Positions 19,409 to 29,677 of a stretch of DNA of 64,000 nt are shown piece by piece. How positions within the stretch are numbered: the stretch's first letter is position 1; every line of letters starts with the position of its first letter. The translations under genes and the position numbers were made by a program. Under the pieces are notes generated by a model. The model saw nothing but the letters and a program-made list of their open reading frames with translations, ran no database searches and had not been told where the DNA came from. The stretch is from Candidatus Yanofskybacteria bacterium RIFCSPLOWO2_01_FULL_42_49 (GTDB lineage: Bacteria; Patescibacteriota; Minisyncoccia; 2-02-FULL-40-12; GWA2-44-9), in the NCBI GenBank assembly GCA_001795615.1, contig MGKI01000002.1, forward strand, positions 2,760 through 66,759, given 5' to 3'.

Positions 19409-19680
19409 GGGAGGCAGAACTCAAACTAGCATCACTTGAGCGGAGTCAATTTTGACTATATTCAAGGCGTCGAGGAGTGATTCGTACTTAATGTACGTAA
19501 GCGACGAGCAACGAAGAATATAGTCAAAATTGACCCGCCCCCAGGGGGAAGCTCAAAAATGGCTGATTTCTTTGTTGTGACTCCTTGAAGTAGTGTTAAA
19601 CTACATCTTCGTCATCACACCAAACAAATCATCTCATTTTTGAGCTTCTCAAGTTGATGATAGTTTGAGTTCTGCTTCCC
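19409..19680. repeat. Copy A of a ~270-nt structured repeat element (MITE-like or ncRNA-like) with ~26-nt terminal inverted repeats
   Basis: gggaggcagaactcaaactagcatca ... tgatgatagtttgagttctgcttccc. The core is ~85-90% identical to the reverse complement of 55905-56175. Confidence 0.6.
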
Positions 19681-19711
19681 ATGCTTGGAAAAAAAGGTGA
19701 GCTCACTCTTA

Positions 19712-20185
19712 TTATAGCTCATCTTCGGCATAATAGAAGTGGATATCCGGGCGCGAGTAGCTGAAAATCTCGTTTTTGTTGAAGAATATCCCTATTTCCC
19801 TTTTAGCCGCCTTAAGATCTTCCGAAGAATGGATAATATTGGCTGAAGTTGACATCCCGTAGTCCCCCCTTATCGTGCCCGGTAGAGCGTTCTTGCCATC
19901 TGTCGGCCCGCACATACTTCTGACCACTCGAATAACATCTAATCCTTCGAGTATAACCAGTATCACGGGCAACAACTTCATAAACTTCTTCAGGTGCGGT
20001 AAAAAATGTTTACCCTTGTGTTGGGCATAGTGTTTATCCAAAAGCAGGTCGGACATCTTGAGCATCTTCATACCAACCGGCCTTATTCCTTTTTGCTCAA
20101 ACCTGTCTAAAATTTCCCCGACTATCCCCCGATGGATAGCATCGGGTTTCATTATTATTAATGTTTTTTCTTTAGTATTCGGCAT
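19712..20185 (-). CDS. ndk: Nucleoside diphosphate kinase
   Basis: TLIIMKPDAIHRGIVGEILDRFEQKG..., active-site NIIHSSED. Confidence 0.85.
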   Translation of the reverse strand: MPNTKEKTLIIMKPDAIHRGIVGEILDRFEQKGIRPVGMKMLKMSDLLLDKHYAQHKGKHFLPHLKKFMKLLPVILVILEGLDVIRVVRSMCGPTDGKNALPGTIRGDYGMSTSANIIHSSEDLKAAKREIGIFFNKNEIFSYSRPDIHFYYAEDEL

Positions 20186-20221
20186 GTCTATTTTTATGAT
20201 AAATCAAAATATCAATAGATT

Positions 20222-21085
20222 TTAGTTGGTAATTATCATCTGATAATTTTCTCCGTCGCTGACGATCTTAACACTGCCGTCAACATCGGTACGATATACC
20301 TTTATACCGAAATTTTCAAGACGGCCCAAAACTTCCTTTGTCGGATGGCCATATCTGTTCTTGGCTCCGACTTGGATTACGGCAACTTGCGGAGAAACCC
20401 CATACAAAAACTCTTCGGAGGTAGATGTTCTTGAGCCATGGTGAGCAACTTTAAGAATGTCAGCATCGAGAGCCACGCCGCTCAATATTATCTGTCTTTC
20501 TGCTCTGGCTTCAATATCTCCGGTCAGTAAAACCTCCATCTCGCCGTATTTAAGCATTAGAACAACGGATTCGTTGTTAACCTTATCCATAACCTTACCG
20601 GCCAACGATTCCGCTGGATGAATTATGGCTAGAATCACGCCGTTTCCCAAGTCAATAACTTTGTTAACCATGGGATCAATAACACTAGCCCCCTCTTTTG
20701 CAACGACTTCTTGCCAAGCGTTATACAGAGATGACTTACGAACAATATTTGAATAAACAATGTTCTCAATCTCGTATCTTTCTAGCACTCCTATCAGCCC
20801 CGTAACATGGTCAGCATCGGAGTGAGTAAGCACAACTAAATCAATGTCTTTATCATAAAACGGCATTGTTTCTCCCAATTTTTGAACGACCGCATTATCC
20901 GGCCCCCCGTCAATTAAAACCTGACTCCCGTTCGGAGCTTCGACAAATATTGCATCCCCTTGGCCGACATCGAAGAAGTGAATTTTAAGGAGGCCATCCT
21001 TGCTACTTGCAATGGAATGAGTTGAAAATGCAAAGACAGAAAGGCAGAGAAGAATGACAAGATGTATTAGAGATAGTTTCCGCAT
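20222..21085 (-). CDS. Secreted metallo-beta-lactamase-fold hydrolase, ComEC C-terminal-domain-like
   Basis: Signal peptide, HxHxDH-type motif (LTHSDADHVTGL) and a late HHGS motif. Confidence 0.7.
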   Translation of the reverse strand: MRKLSLIHLVILLCLSVFAFSTHSIASSKDGLLKIHFFDVGQGDAIFVEAPNGSQVLIDGGPDNAVVQKLGETMPFYDKDIDLVVLTHSDADHVTGLIGVLERYEIENIVYSNIVRKSSLYNAWQEVVAKEGASVIDPMVNKVIDLGNGVILAIIHPAESLAGKVMDKVNNESVVLMLKYGEMEVLLTGDIEARAERQIILSGVALDADILKVAHHGSRTSTSEEFLYGVSPQVAVIQVGAKNRYGHPTKEVLGRLENFGIKVYRTDVDGSVKIVSDGENYQMIITN

Positions 21086-21128
21086 GGAGATTATTTATCA
21101 TAAATTCGGACAAAAAGAAAAGCCCCTT

Positions 21129-21758
21129 TCAGGACTTTATGTCTATAGATAAGTCGGCCTCTTTTTGTTGCATAAATCTAGTCGATGTCAAACTTGAACG
21201 AGGAGTACCGAATATCTGAACGACGATCATGGTCAGCCTGCCCTGAAATGTGTCATAACCGGTAGCAACACCGATATCACGAAACACACTATGAAGAATA
21301 TTAGCCCGATGCCCCGGACTGGCCATCCAAACTTCCACTAATTCTTTAGCATTTTTAAAATCACCGAGAGCCAGATTTTCCCCGGTCGCTGAGTACTGAT
21401 AATTAAACCGCAACAACAACTCGGGAACCCCTGAAGTCTGATCCGGTCCGTAGTGGGCAAAATATTGCCGTGCAAACATGTCTCTCATTTTAAAATCAGC
21501 AGCCTGATTGAGTTTAGAATTTTCAGCGAGAGAATTTAGGCCGTTGGCCCTTCGTTGGTTATTTGTTTCAAAAATAATATCATCCGGCGATATGAACGCT
21601 CTTGGAACTGGTGGCGGCCCTTGCGCCGGAGGCCCTTGTTCGTTGCCGGAACCGGGAGAACCGCTGGGCGGAGCTGTGGGCGACTTAAAAGTTTCACATC
21701 CCCAAAATCCCAAAACAGAAAATACGACAAGAACAGCTAGCTTAAGTCTAGTGGCCAC
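21129..21758 (-). CDS. CAP/SCP/PR1-like domain protein with a Pro/Gly-rich linker, secreted
   Basis: Signal peptide; CAP-domain motifs (GH.N...HYTQVVW-like: ASPGHRANIL). Confidence 0.65.
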   Translation of the reverse strand: MATRLKLAVLVVFSVLGFWGCETFKSPTAPPSGSPGSGNEQGPPAQGPPPVPRAFISPDDIIFETNNQRRANGLNSLAENSKLNQAADFKMRDMFARQYFAHYGPDQTSGVPELLLRFNYQYSATGENLALGDFKNAKELVEVWMASPGHRANILHSVFRDIGVATGYDTFQGRLTMIVVQIFGTPRSSLTSTRFMQQKEADLSIDIKS

Positions 21759-21825
21759 TCTTTTTTCCTTTTATCAATGAACAATGTGTATTTACCACAA
21801 ATCCGTTTAAAAAACAAAACCGCCG

Positions 21826-22737
21826 TTAAGCGGTAAAAAATTTAGCTGTTAAAAATTCACTCAACAACATTCTTCTTATCATCTGCGCCCTTCTAAGACC
21901 GTAGGATTTCCAGACATCCTCGCACCACTTATCGGTAAAGGGGACATAAATTCTAACAGGATATCCCCTCTCCAATAACTTCTTTCTCAAAGATTTGCCG
22001 AGAGGACCGTAAAGAAACTGGAATTCAAACGGAAACCTGCCTCTCTCAGAAGCCTTTATGATTTCTTCGGCTAGTTTTCTATCCCTTACCGTTGCCACAA
22101 AAGGAACCCGTCCTGTTTTTAAGTTCTTCCTGAAAATATTTAAATAATTCTCGTTGACCTCCGAAGGATCGCTTAAGACGATCGACGGATCCTCGATGTA
22201 AACACCGGACCCCTTCACAATTCGGAGATTTTTATTCCACAACTTATATTCCCTCATAAGCCGGTTGATTTCAGAAAGATGAGCTTGGACTGCCTGGCGA
22301 ACGATGTTTCTAAAAACAGGGCGAGACGCAAAACTGGAGAAAACCTCAAAAGTATCGGGAATATATTCGTAACTCTCGGCGTCAAACTCCACTTCAATGC
22401 CCCTTGAGAAAGCCTGCTCAATAACAGGAGTCATCTTTTTCAAAAACAACTCCTTGGATATCGCCAAGCCATACAGAGTTGGTTTACATGAAACATTGCC
22501 GCAGTTCCGAGGGTTCATCGTATCAATTAGCGCAAGAGTGGTATCAACTGCCGCATCAACCGTTTTTTCGTCTTTAACATGTTCTCCCAAAAGATTGTAG
22601 GTCATCTTAAACCCTTGGTCCTTTAAACATTCGCCCGTTTTCAGAACCCCACTTACGTTTTGGGCGCCTATAAATCTTTTCCCTAAAAAATGACAGCCAA
22701 TAACATCAATCGGCCACCACAAATCTTTAAAGCCCAT
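21826..22737 (-). CDS. Proline dehydrogenase family protein
   Basis: TIM-barrel ProDH pattern including LRIVKGSGVY (cf. LRLVKGAY). Confidence 0.7.
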   Translation of the reverse strand: MGFKDLWWPIDVIGCHFLGKRFIGAQNVSGVLKTGECLKDQGFKMTYNLLGEHVKDEKTVDAAVDTTLALIDTMNPRNCGNVSCKPTLYGLAISKELFLKKMTPVIEQAFSRGIEVEFDAESYEYIPDTFEVFSSFASRPVFRNIVRQAVQAHLSEINRLMREYKLWNKNLRIVKGSGVYIEDPSIVLSDPSEVNENYLNIFRKNLKTGRVPFVATVRDRKLAEEIIKASERGRFPFEFQFLYGPLGKSLRKKLLERGYPVRIYVPFTDKWCEDVWKSYGLRRAQMIRRMLLSEFLTAKFFTA

Positions 22738-22885
22738 AACTGCCTCTTGTTAAAGGACATCTTGCTTTGTAATACCATAAATTTTAAAAAATAAAAGCCG
22801 GGTAGTAGATTTTTGAGATATGCCTTGGACATAAAGCCAAAAGCAACTCAAAAATTCACTACCCGGAAAAGCCCGATTGGGCCTT

Positions 22886-23245
22886 TCAGCGAAAAATGAT
22901 TCCGTGAGCGGTAAGCCGCGACCTTAGAAGTTCAGCTAAGACCTTGTCTCCTTTGGCATAAATATCCGGAACACAAAGAATGCACACTTTTTCCTTGCCA
23001 GCACCAAACCTCTCTTGCAAAATGGAAGCGTGGCGATCGTGATCTTCGTCCATCACAAATATAATATCCGCCCAATCAACCAGCTCTTGTGTTACCACTT
23101 GTTTTCCTTGGTCATGCTTTTTTATACCGGCTGACTGAACTTCATATCTGTCAGAGCCCTTAAGTAAATCTTCAGCGGTACGGCTTCTGTTGATATTGGC
23201 AGTGCAAACAAATAAAAGCTTGAGTTTAGACACATTAAGCCCCAA
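22886..23245 (-). CDS. Low-molecular-weight protein tyrosine phosphatase / ArsC-like
   Basis: CTANINRS P-loop (C-X5-R) at the N-terminus. Confidence 0.8.
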   Translation of the reverse strand: MGLNVSKLKLLFVCTANINRSRTAEDLLKGSDRYEVQSAGIKKHDQGKQVVTQELVDWADIIFVMDEDHDRHASILQERFGAGKEKVCILCVPDIYAKGDKVLAELLRSRLTAHGIIFR

Positions 23246-23580
23246 GTTTTATGTACTGTTTGAATTGTGACAGATCCTTGAAAAATATCAAGCATTACAA
23301 AGTCCCGCTTTATCGGGGCCAGGCAATCCTGATTATTTTCGGATTTTCTTTCTTGCTTCTTCGAGCTGTCGGACCAAAATTTGACGATGGTCCTCCAATT
23401 CTTTTTTGGGACCCTTGCTTTCTTCTTTAATACTTTTCTCTGTTGCCCGCAACGCCTCTTCAAGCCCCGCTATTTCTTGGTTTGGATTTTTGGGTTTCAC
23501 TTCAAGAAAAGGCCCTTTGTTCTTTTATCATACTAAAATTATACCACGAGTATAAGAAATTGGGACGATATCCAAGCAAT

Positions 23581-25065
23581 TCAAAATCCGGCAAAAAATC
23601 TGATCACTCCGATTTGATAGACCGTAATAGCCCAAGCCAGCCAGCCGACTATCTGGCCGACAACCGGCAAGACCATTCCGCCCAGGCCAGCAGTAAAACC
23701 AAACAGCATTGATGCCGGCAAAAAGGGTGCGACTAAAATATTCGCCGGCAGGGAAACTAGAGAAAAATTTCTGAAATAATAAATTAGCAGCGGGGCTACG
23801 GCCGCCTGAGCGGACACTGTCATAAGAACCGTCTCCTTGACCACACCGAACTCAGGCAGTCTTTTTAATTTCAGGTTAAGGCGAGGGTATAAATACATAA
23901 GCCCAATAACTGCCGAGAATGATAATTGAAAACCTATATCAAAAACTAGCGCCAGAGGATTAACCCAAACCATTATCGCTCCGGCAAGAATAATCGAGTT
24001 TTTAGGATTATATAGACGACCATAGCCGTTGGCAAACAATAACAGAAGGCCCATAATCGAAGCCCTGACGACAGAAGCTGATGCTCCAGTTAGAACGGTA
24101 AATAAAATTATTACAACAACTGAAATCCAAAAGGCAACCCGCCTCCTGAAAAACATGATCAAGCCGGCCAAAACTGCCCATGAAATTATCATTATGTTGT
24201 ATCCTGATATTGCAAGCATATGAGTTGTACCGGTCTTATTGAACGACTCTTTGAGATCGTCCGGTATGTTTTGCCTGGAGCCAAGCAGAATGCCGTTTAT
24301 AAAAGCCGCGTTCGGCTCTGGCACCGACCTTGAAACCGCCGATTCAAAACTTTTTTTAATAAAGAATATTTTTTTATACAAACCGATATTTGCTTTCTCA
24401 AAAAACCCAATACTTTGATACATCAAAGAATCAAAGTGTCCATTTGAATCTAATATATCCGGATAAAACATCGTAGCCCTTATACCGTCTTTTTTGAGAT
24501 AGGTGACGTAGTCGAAATCAACTCGCCCTGAGCTGGTTGAAGGGGTAAAGTTGGCTGGCTTTTCAAGAGAACCGGTTGCCGAAACGATCTCGCCATATTT
24601 AAATTTTGGGAAACTGTCGGTTGTAACTAAAACTTTATCATCGACTTCAACTATTCTGTTCCCGGCGACGACTTGTTTGGCTTTTAAGACAAACTCCTGC
24701 CTCTCGCCGCGATCTGTCGGTTCGCTATCAACATAACCGTTAACAACGACTTCAATTCCCTTTCCGCCGGCCTTTAGGCCGGTGAAAAAGTCCAGCCGAT
24801 CTTGGCTAAAATTTACTGAGTTAAGTCTCACTGCCCCAAACAATAAAGCAATCCCCAAAAAACCGGCCAGCATTAATTTGCCGTTAAAACTTTTGTTATA
24901 CCCAAATACGCCAACCAAACCAATAGCTGCCATGAAGCCCGCATAAATAAAAGTCTGGCTAATATTAAAAACAGAAGCGACAAAAATCCCCCCGAGAAAA
25001 CTGGCTAACGACCAAAAAAATACCTGCGACTTGTGCATGTTTAAAAATCTACCAGCATTTAACAA
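23581..25065 (-). CDS. comEC: ComEC/Rec2 competence membrane channel (membrane domains only)
   Basis: Multi-TM with the ComEC competence-domain pattern (HMLAISGYNIMII). Confidence 0.75.
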   Translation of the reverse strand: MLNAGRFLNMHKSQVFFWSLASFLGGIFVASVFNISQTFIYAGFMAAIGLVGVFGYNKSFNGKLMLAGFLGIALLFGAVRLNSVNFSQDRLDFFTGLKAGGKGIEVVVNGYVDSEPTDRGERQEFVLKAKQVVAGNRIVEVDDKVLVTTDSFPKFKYGEIVSATGSLEKPANFTPSTSSGRVDFDYVTYLKKDGIRATMFYPDILDSNGHFDSLMYQSIGFFEKANIGLYKKIFFIKKSFESAVSRSVPEPNAAFINGILLGSRQNIPDDLKESFNKTGTTHMLAISGYNIMIISWAVLAGLIMFFRRRVAFWISVVVIILFTVLTGASASVVRASIMGLLLLFANGYGRLYNPKNSIILAGAIMVWVNPLALVFDIGFQLSFSAVIGLMYLYPRLNLKLKRLPEFGVVKETVLMTVSAQAAVAPLLIYYFRNFSLVSLPANILVAPFLPASMLFGFTAGLGGMVLPVVGQIVGWLAWAITVYQIGVIRFFAGF

Positions 25066-25098
25066 ATTAAAAAAGAGCGCTGAAAACTCTTTTTTAAT

Positions 25099-27999
25099 TT
25101 AATTACAAACTCCTGTCGTCGCGAAGCAATTGGGGCACGAGTAGCACGACCCCGCTCTTATCATTATCGTTCCACAGCCATTGCACAACGGCGCATCGGC
25201 GTTTAAAGATTCGGCTTTCCCGTTGCCTATCGTCCCCGTACCGATGTTGCTTTCGCGTTGAGCCGAAGCAACTTGTCCCTTTTGTCCCTGCTTGTCAAAG
25301 ATAAAGGCAACATCGGTAGCGGAATGGACCAGTTCTGCTAATATTTTGTCGTTTTTGGAGGTTTCGTTTTCTTGCGCGACAGGAATTGGTTCTGCGCCAT
25401 GATCTTCGGCTAAGTACTGATCAACCGGACCAAAGAGTTCTTCCCGATCGTTGGGACTAAGGTATTTCATCCCAATATATCTGAAAACATAATCCATAAT
25501 TGATTTTGCTGTCGGGATATTTGGATTATTTGTAAAACCTGCCGGCTCGAATCTCATATCTTTAAATTTCCTGACCAGTGTCTTAAGCGGTATGCCCGAT
25601 TGGAGGCACATTGAGATCAGAGTCGCAATGGTATCAAATAACCCCGATATGGTACTCCCCTCTTTCGCAGTAGTAATGAAGGTTTCGCCCGGCTGCATCG
25701 TATCAGGATAAAATCCAACCGTAAGGTAGCTTTCAAATCCGCCGACCGAAAACTTATGAGTAATGGACGGCCTTTCGTCCGGCAGTTTAATTCTGGTATA
25801 GCCATTAACCTGCTCAACCAAGCCTTTTTCTTTTTTATTTTCTAGATCCAGAGTTTTTGAAGTATTAAGCGGTTGGATTGATTTGCACCCATCGCGATAA
25901 ACGGCAAGAGCCTTGAGTCCCAACCGCCATCCCTGAAAAAACACATCCTCGATGTCTTCAATCGTTGCATCGCTGGGCAAGTTAATTGTTTTTGATATGG
26001 CTCCCGATATGAACGGCTGAGCGGCGGCCATCATTTTGATGTGACCCATGTAACTTATACTGCGAGTGCCATTCGCGGCCTTAAACGAACAGTCGAAAAC
26101 TGGCGCATGCTCGTCTTTAAGATACGGAGCACCTTCTATGGTTTCTCTGTCTAAAATATAGTCCGATATTGCGTCTACTTCTTCATTTAAATAACCAAGC
26201 CGACGCAAGGCCAAAGGTATTTGGTTATTTACCAGTTTCAATGTCCCTCCCCCAACTAATTTCTTATACTTAACAAGCGCAAGCTCCGGCTCAATCCCAG
26301 TAGTATCACAATCCATTAAGAACGAAATGGTGCCGGTCGGAGCCAGTACGGTAACCTGGGAATTTTTAACTCCATATTCTTTAGCTAAGTTATTAGCTTC
26401 GTGCCAAACTGTTCGAGAGGCTGTTTCGAGATATTTATCATCCATGTTCTGCTCCTGAGAATTATTGAATAATTCCTCTGCTTTATCCAAGTGCTTGGCT
26501 GTAACTTCAAGTGTTCCCTCGCTGTCTTTATAATAACCGGCAAACGGCCCTTTGTGGCTGGAAAGAACCGCCGACATTCTATAGGCCTCCCCGCACATCA
26601 AAGAGGTTATCTGGCCGGCAAGAATCCTTCCTTTGTCAGAATCGTAAGGCAGACCCAAAACCATTAACAATGCGCCCAAATTGGCATAACCCAATCCGAG
26701 TTCTCTATATGCATGGGCATTGTTCTCTATTTTCTCAGTCGGATAAGAAGATCGATCAACCAATATGTCCTGGGCAAGGATCATGGTGTCAACCGCTTTT
26801 TTGAAAGTATCCGCATCAAACCTCCCGCCTTCCCTCAAAAATTTCATTAAATTAAGGGAAGAGAGGTTGCAGGCAGAATTATCTAGGTGCATATATTCAC
26901 TGCACGGGTTAGAAGCATTAATTCTTCCTGCTTTGGGACAGGTATGCCACTCATTTATGGTTGTATCGTATTGAATTCCCGGGTCAGCCGAATGCCACGC
27001 CGCTTCAGCCATCCAGCGAAGAACATCTTTTGCCTTAACCGTCTCAACAGTTTGACCGGTCACTACCGATTTCAAATCCCAATAACCGTCAGCTTCCACC
27101 GCCCTCATAAAGGCATCTGTAACCCTTACAGAGTTATTAGCGTTCTGATAAGGGAGAAGAGTATAAGGGTCAAAAAGATCAGCCGCGATTGAGTCTTTAA
27201 AACCTGCTTGGGCTAACGCTTTAGTCATGTCTTCTATTATTTTTTTGGAATAAATAAAACTGCTAATGTCCGGATGATCGACATTGAGAACTACCATTTT
27301 AGCGGCACGGCGTGTCGTCCCGCCGGAGCGAATTGAATTAGCGACCCCGTCAGCGCCCTTCATAAAAGATACCGGACCGGAAGAGAAACCGCCTTTCGAT
27401 AATGGTTCTTTAGATGATCTTAATTTAGATAAATTAATACCTGAACCGGAACCGTATTTGAATATCCAGCCCTCATCTCTAAACCAGTCCAAAATTGACT
27501 GCATATTGTCTTCAACAGAAAGTATGAAACATGCGCTGCATTGCGGACGCTCATAAACCCCGACATTAAACCACACGGGGCTGTTAAATGCTCCGTATTG
27601 ATTTACCAGAATCCAGGTTAAGTCCTTGGTAAAATTATCGCAGTCGCCTATCGTATCAAAGTATCCGTCGCGCATTCCCCATTCGCCTATCGTTTTGGCA
27701 ACTCTATCAACCATTTGTTTAACGCTATATTCTCTTTCCGGTGAGTCTAACTTGCCCCTGAAGTATTTAGAAGCAACTATGTCAGTAGCAGTTTGGGTCC
27801 AGAAACTTGGAACTTCAACATTGCTTTGTTCAAACACAATAGTGCCATCGCCTTTGACTATCTTGGCCACTCTCTTTTCCCACTTAATGGCATCGTAGGG
27901 ATTGCCCTCGCCAAAAAGACGAGGCCATTTAATACCGATACCGGACTCAATAACCTCGCCGTTAATTCCTAAATTTGGTTGTAATCGGGGTTCGTTCAT
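25099..27999 (-). CDS. nrdJ: Adenosylcobalamin-dependent (class II) ribonucleotide reductase
   Basis: 966 aa; class II RNR architecture with active-site NPCSE and a C-terminal Cys-rich tail (CNGCG...CYSCPNC). Confidence 0.9.
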   Translation of the reverse strand: MNEPRLQPNLGINGEVIESGIGIKWPRLFGEGNPYDAIKWEKRVAKIVKGDGTIVFEQSNVEVPSFWTQTATDIVASKYFRGKLDSPEREYSVKQMVDRVAKTIGEWGMRDGYFDTIGDCDNFTKDLTWILVNQYGAFNSPVWFNVGVYERPQCSACFILSVEDNMQSILDWFRDEGWIFKYGSGSGINLSKLRSSKEPLSKGGFSSGPVSFMKGADGVANSIRSGGTTRRAAKMVVLNVDHPDISSFIYSKKIIEDMTKALAQAGFKDSIAADLFDPYTLLPYQNANNSVRVTDAFMRAVEADGYWDLKSVVTGQTVETVKAKDVLRWMAEAAWHSADPGIQYDTTINEWHTCPKAGRINASNPCSEYMHLDNSACNLSSLNLMKFLREGGRFDADTFKKAVDTMILAQDILVDRSSYPTEKIENNAHAYRELGLGYANLGALLMVLGLPYDSDKGRILAGQITSLMCGEAYRMSAVLSSHKGPFAGYYKDSEGTLEVTAKHLDKAEELFNNSQEQNMDDKYLETASRTVWHEANNLAKEYGVKNSQVTVLAPTGTISFLMDCDTTGIEPELALVKYKKLVGGGTLKLVNNQIPLALRRLGYLNEEVDAISDYILDRETIEGAPYLKDEHAPVFDCSFKAANGTRSISYMGHIKMMAAAQPFISGAISKTINLPSDATIEDIEDVFFQGWRLGLKALAVYRDGCKSIQPLNTSKTLDLENKKEKGLVEQVNGYTRIKLPDERPSITHKFSVGGFESYLTVGFYPDTMQPGETFITTAKEGSTISGLFDTIATLISMCLQSGIPLKTLVRKFKDMRFEPAGFTNNPNIPTAKSIMDYVFRYIGMKYLSPNDREELFGPVDQYLAEDHGAEPIPVAQENETSKNDKILAELVHSATDVAFIFDKQGQKGQVASAQRESNIGTGTIGNGKAESLNADAPLCNGCGTIMIRAGSCYSCPNCFATTGVCN

Positions 28000-28269
28000 A
28001 AATGTAATGCAAATCTACAAATGGCATGCGGATACCGCAAATAGATTCGTTAGGGTCAAATTGCCGCCCTCAAGGGCGGCAATTTGACCCATAAGAGAAG
28101 TTTTAACCCGCTTGAAAGCGGGAGTTGTTCAACTAAATGACTTTATTTTCAAAATTTTAATCACTCAATTTCAAGATATAAAAAAATGCCGGACGAATCA
28201 AGGCAGTTTTTTGTTGATAACCCATTATCCAAGAACAAGGGTTCGACAAAATACTTAAAACAAGCAATA

Positions 28270-29415
28270 TTACTTCATTTTTCGGCGGATAAACGCAGGA
28301 ATATCAAACTCATCATCGTTGACGGAAGAGTCAACCAGTTCTTTTACTGTTATCGGCTGATGGGGAATACCGTTGCCGGAGAGATTCGTGTTTTTTTTTG
28401 GCATATTATCAAACAAGCTCGGACCGCCATTTACTGTCGGCTTTACGGACGAAGGATGGCCGTTGGCAAATCCTGTTGCAACCACCGTAACTTTTATTTC
28501 TCCTTTTTTAATCTTGTCGTCAAGAACTGCTCCGAATATAACTTTCGCATCTGCGTCGATATGCTCGGTAATTATCCTGGCCGCTTCATTAATCTCGGCC
28601 ATCGCCATATCAATACCGCCGGAAACATTGAAAAGCACCCCCCTTGCTCCGTCTATAGACACTTCGAGGAGAGGAGAGTTGATTGCCATTTTAGCCGCTT
28701 CAATCGCTCTGTCTTCTCCGCTTGCTCTGCCAATGCCCATCAAGGCCGAACCTGAATTCGCCATCACGGCTTTCACATCAGCAAAGTCAACATTGATCAC
28801 TCCGGGAATTGTAATTAAGTCGGAAATACCCTGCACGCCTTGGCGCAGAACATCGTCAACGATTGCAAACGATTCAAGCAGCGGCGTTTTTCTGTCTATG
28901 ATAGAGAGCAGTCGGTCGTTAGGAATGGTAATAAGGGCATCTACCCTGTCTCTTAAATTGTGCCAGCCCTCTTCGGCTATCCTCGCTCTTTGAGCACCTT
29001 CGAAATTAAAAGGCTTGGTGACAACGGCAACAGTCAAAGCTCCCAGCTCGCGCGCAATCTCGGCAACAACCGGAGTCGCGCCGGTACCTGTACCGCCGCC
29101 TAAACCAGTCGCAAGAAAAACCATATCCGCACCCTTGAGAGCATTCTGGATTTCTTCTTTCGTATCCTCTGCCGCTTGCCTGCCCACTTCAGGATTCATT
29201 CCGGCGCCAAGTCCTCTAGTTAGACTTTTACCAATGTGAATTTTGGTCGGGGCATTGGTGGCATGAAGCGCTTGAGCATCGGTATTTATCGCAATAAACT
29301 CAACCCCGTGAATCCGGGCCTCTATCATCCTTGCCAGAGCGTTTCCTCCTGAGCCGCCGCATCCAATAACTTTGATCCTGGCAAATGTTTCAAATGGTGG
29401 TTTAATTTGAGCCAC
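28270..29415 (-). CDS. ftsZ: Cell division GTPase FtsZ
   Basis: [29 protein letters not shown] tubulin signature. Confidence 0.95.
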   Translation of the reverse strand: MAQIKPPFETFARIKVIGCGGSGGNALARMIEARIHGVEFIAINTDAQALHATNAPTKIHIGKSLTRGLGAGMNPEVGRQAAEDTKEEIQNALKGADMVFLATGLGGGTGTGATPVVAEIARELGALTVAVVTKPFNFEGAQRARIAEEGWHNLRDRVDALITIPNDRLLSIIDRKTPLLESFAIVDDVLRQGVQGISDLITIPGVINVDFADVKAVMANSGSALMGIGRASGEDRAIEAAKMAINSPLLEVSIDGARGVLFNVSGGIDMAMAEINEAARIITEHIDADAKVIFGAVLDDKIKKGEIKVTVVATGFANGHPSSVKPTVNGGPSLFDNMPKKNTNLSGNGIPHQPITVKELVDSSVNDDEFDIPAFIRRKMK

Positions 29416-29677
29416 TGACTAGTGCCTAGCGACTAGTGCCTAGCGACTAGTTTTTTACTAGTAGCTATTGGCTAGTGGCTAGTGGCTAATTACAACTGCT
29501 TATTAACACAAATAAAAAAGCCTTGCAAAGCTGTTGTGTATTACCTGTGGATAACTAGCATCCGAGTAGCGCGCTACGAATGCGCCCACACGAATATATT
29601 TGTGTGAAGCCATCCGTGGTCGGTGATTTGTAAAACTATTTGTGGCATTCGTGTATTATTCGTAGATTTGTGTTGTT

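Noticed and set aside
23122-23463. A 113-aa minus-strand ORF overlaps the LMW-PTP gene.
   Set aside because: Its 3' half is an alternative frame of a clearly conserved phosphatase. The upstream 70 codons could be a small basic protein, but there is no support beyond ORF length.
28000-28190. A cobalamin riboswitch might lie upstream of nrdJ.
   Set aside because: B12 riboswitches typically control B12-independent RNR isozymes, not nrdJ. No B12-box (…GCCACTG…) is visible.
28186-28993. Plus-strand ORFs of 189 and 206 aa lie inside the ftsZ region.
   Set aside because: They are antisense to an unambiguous FtsZ gene and give a low-complexity translation.
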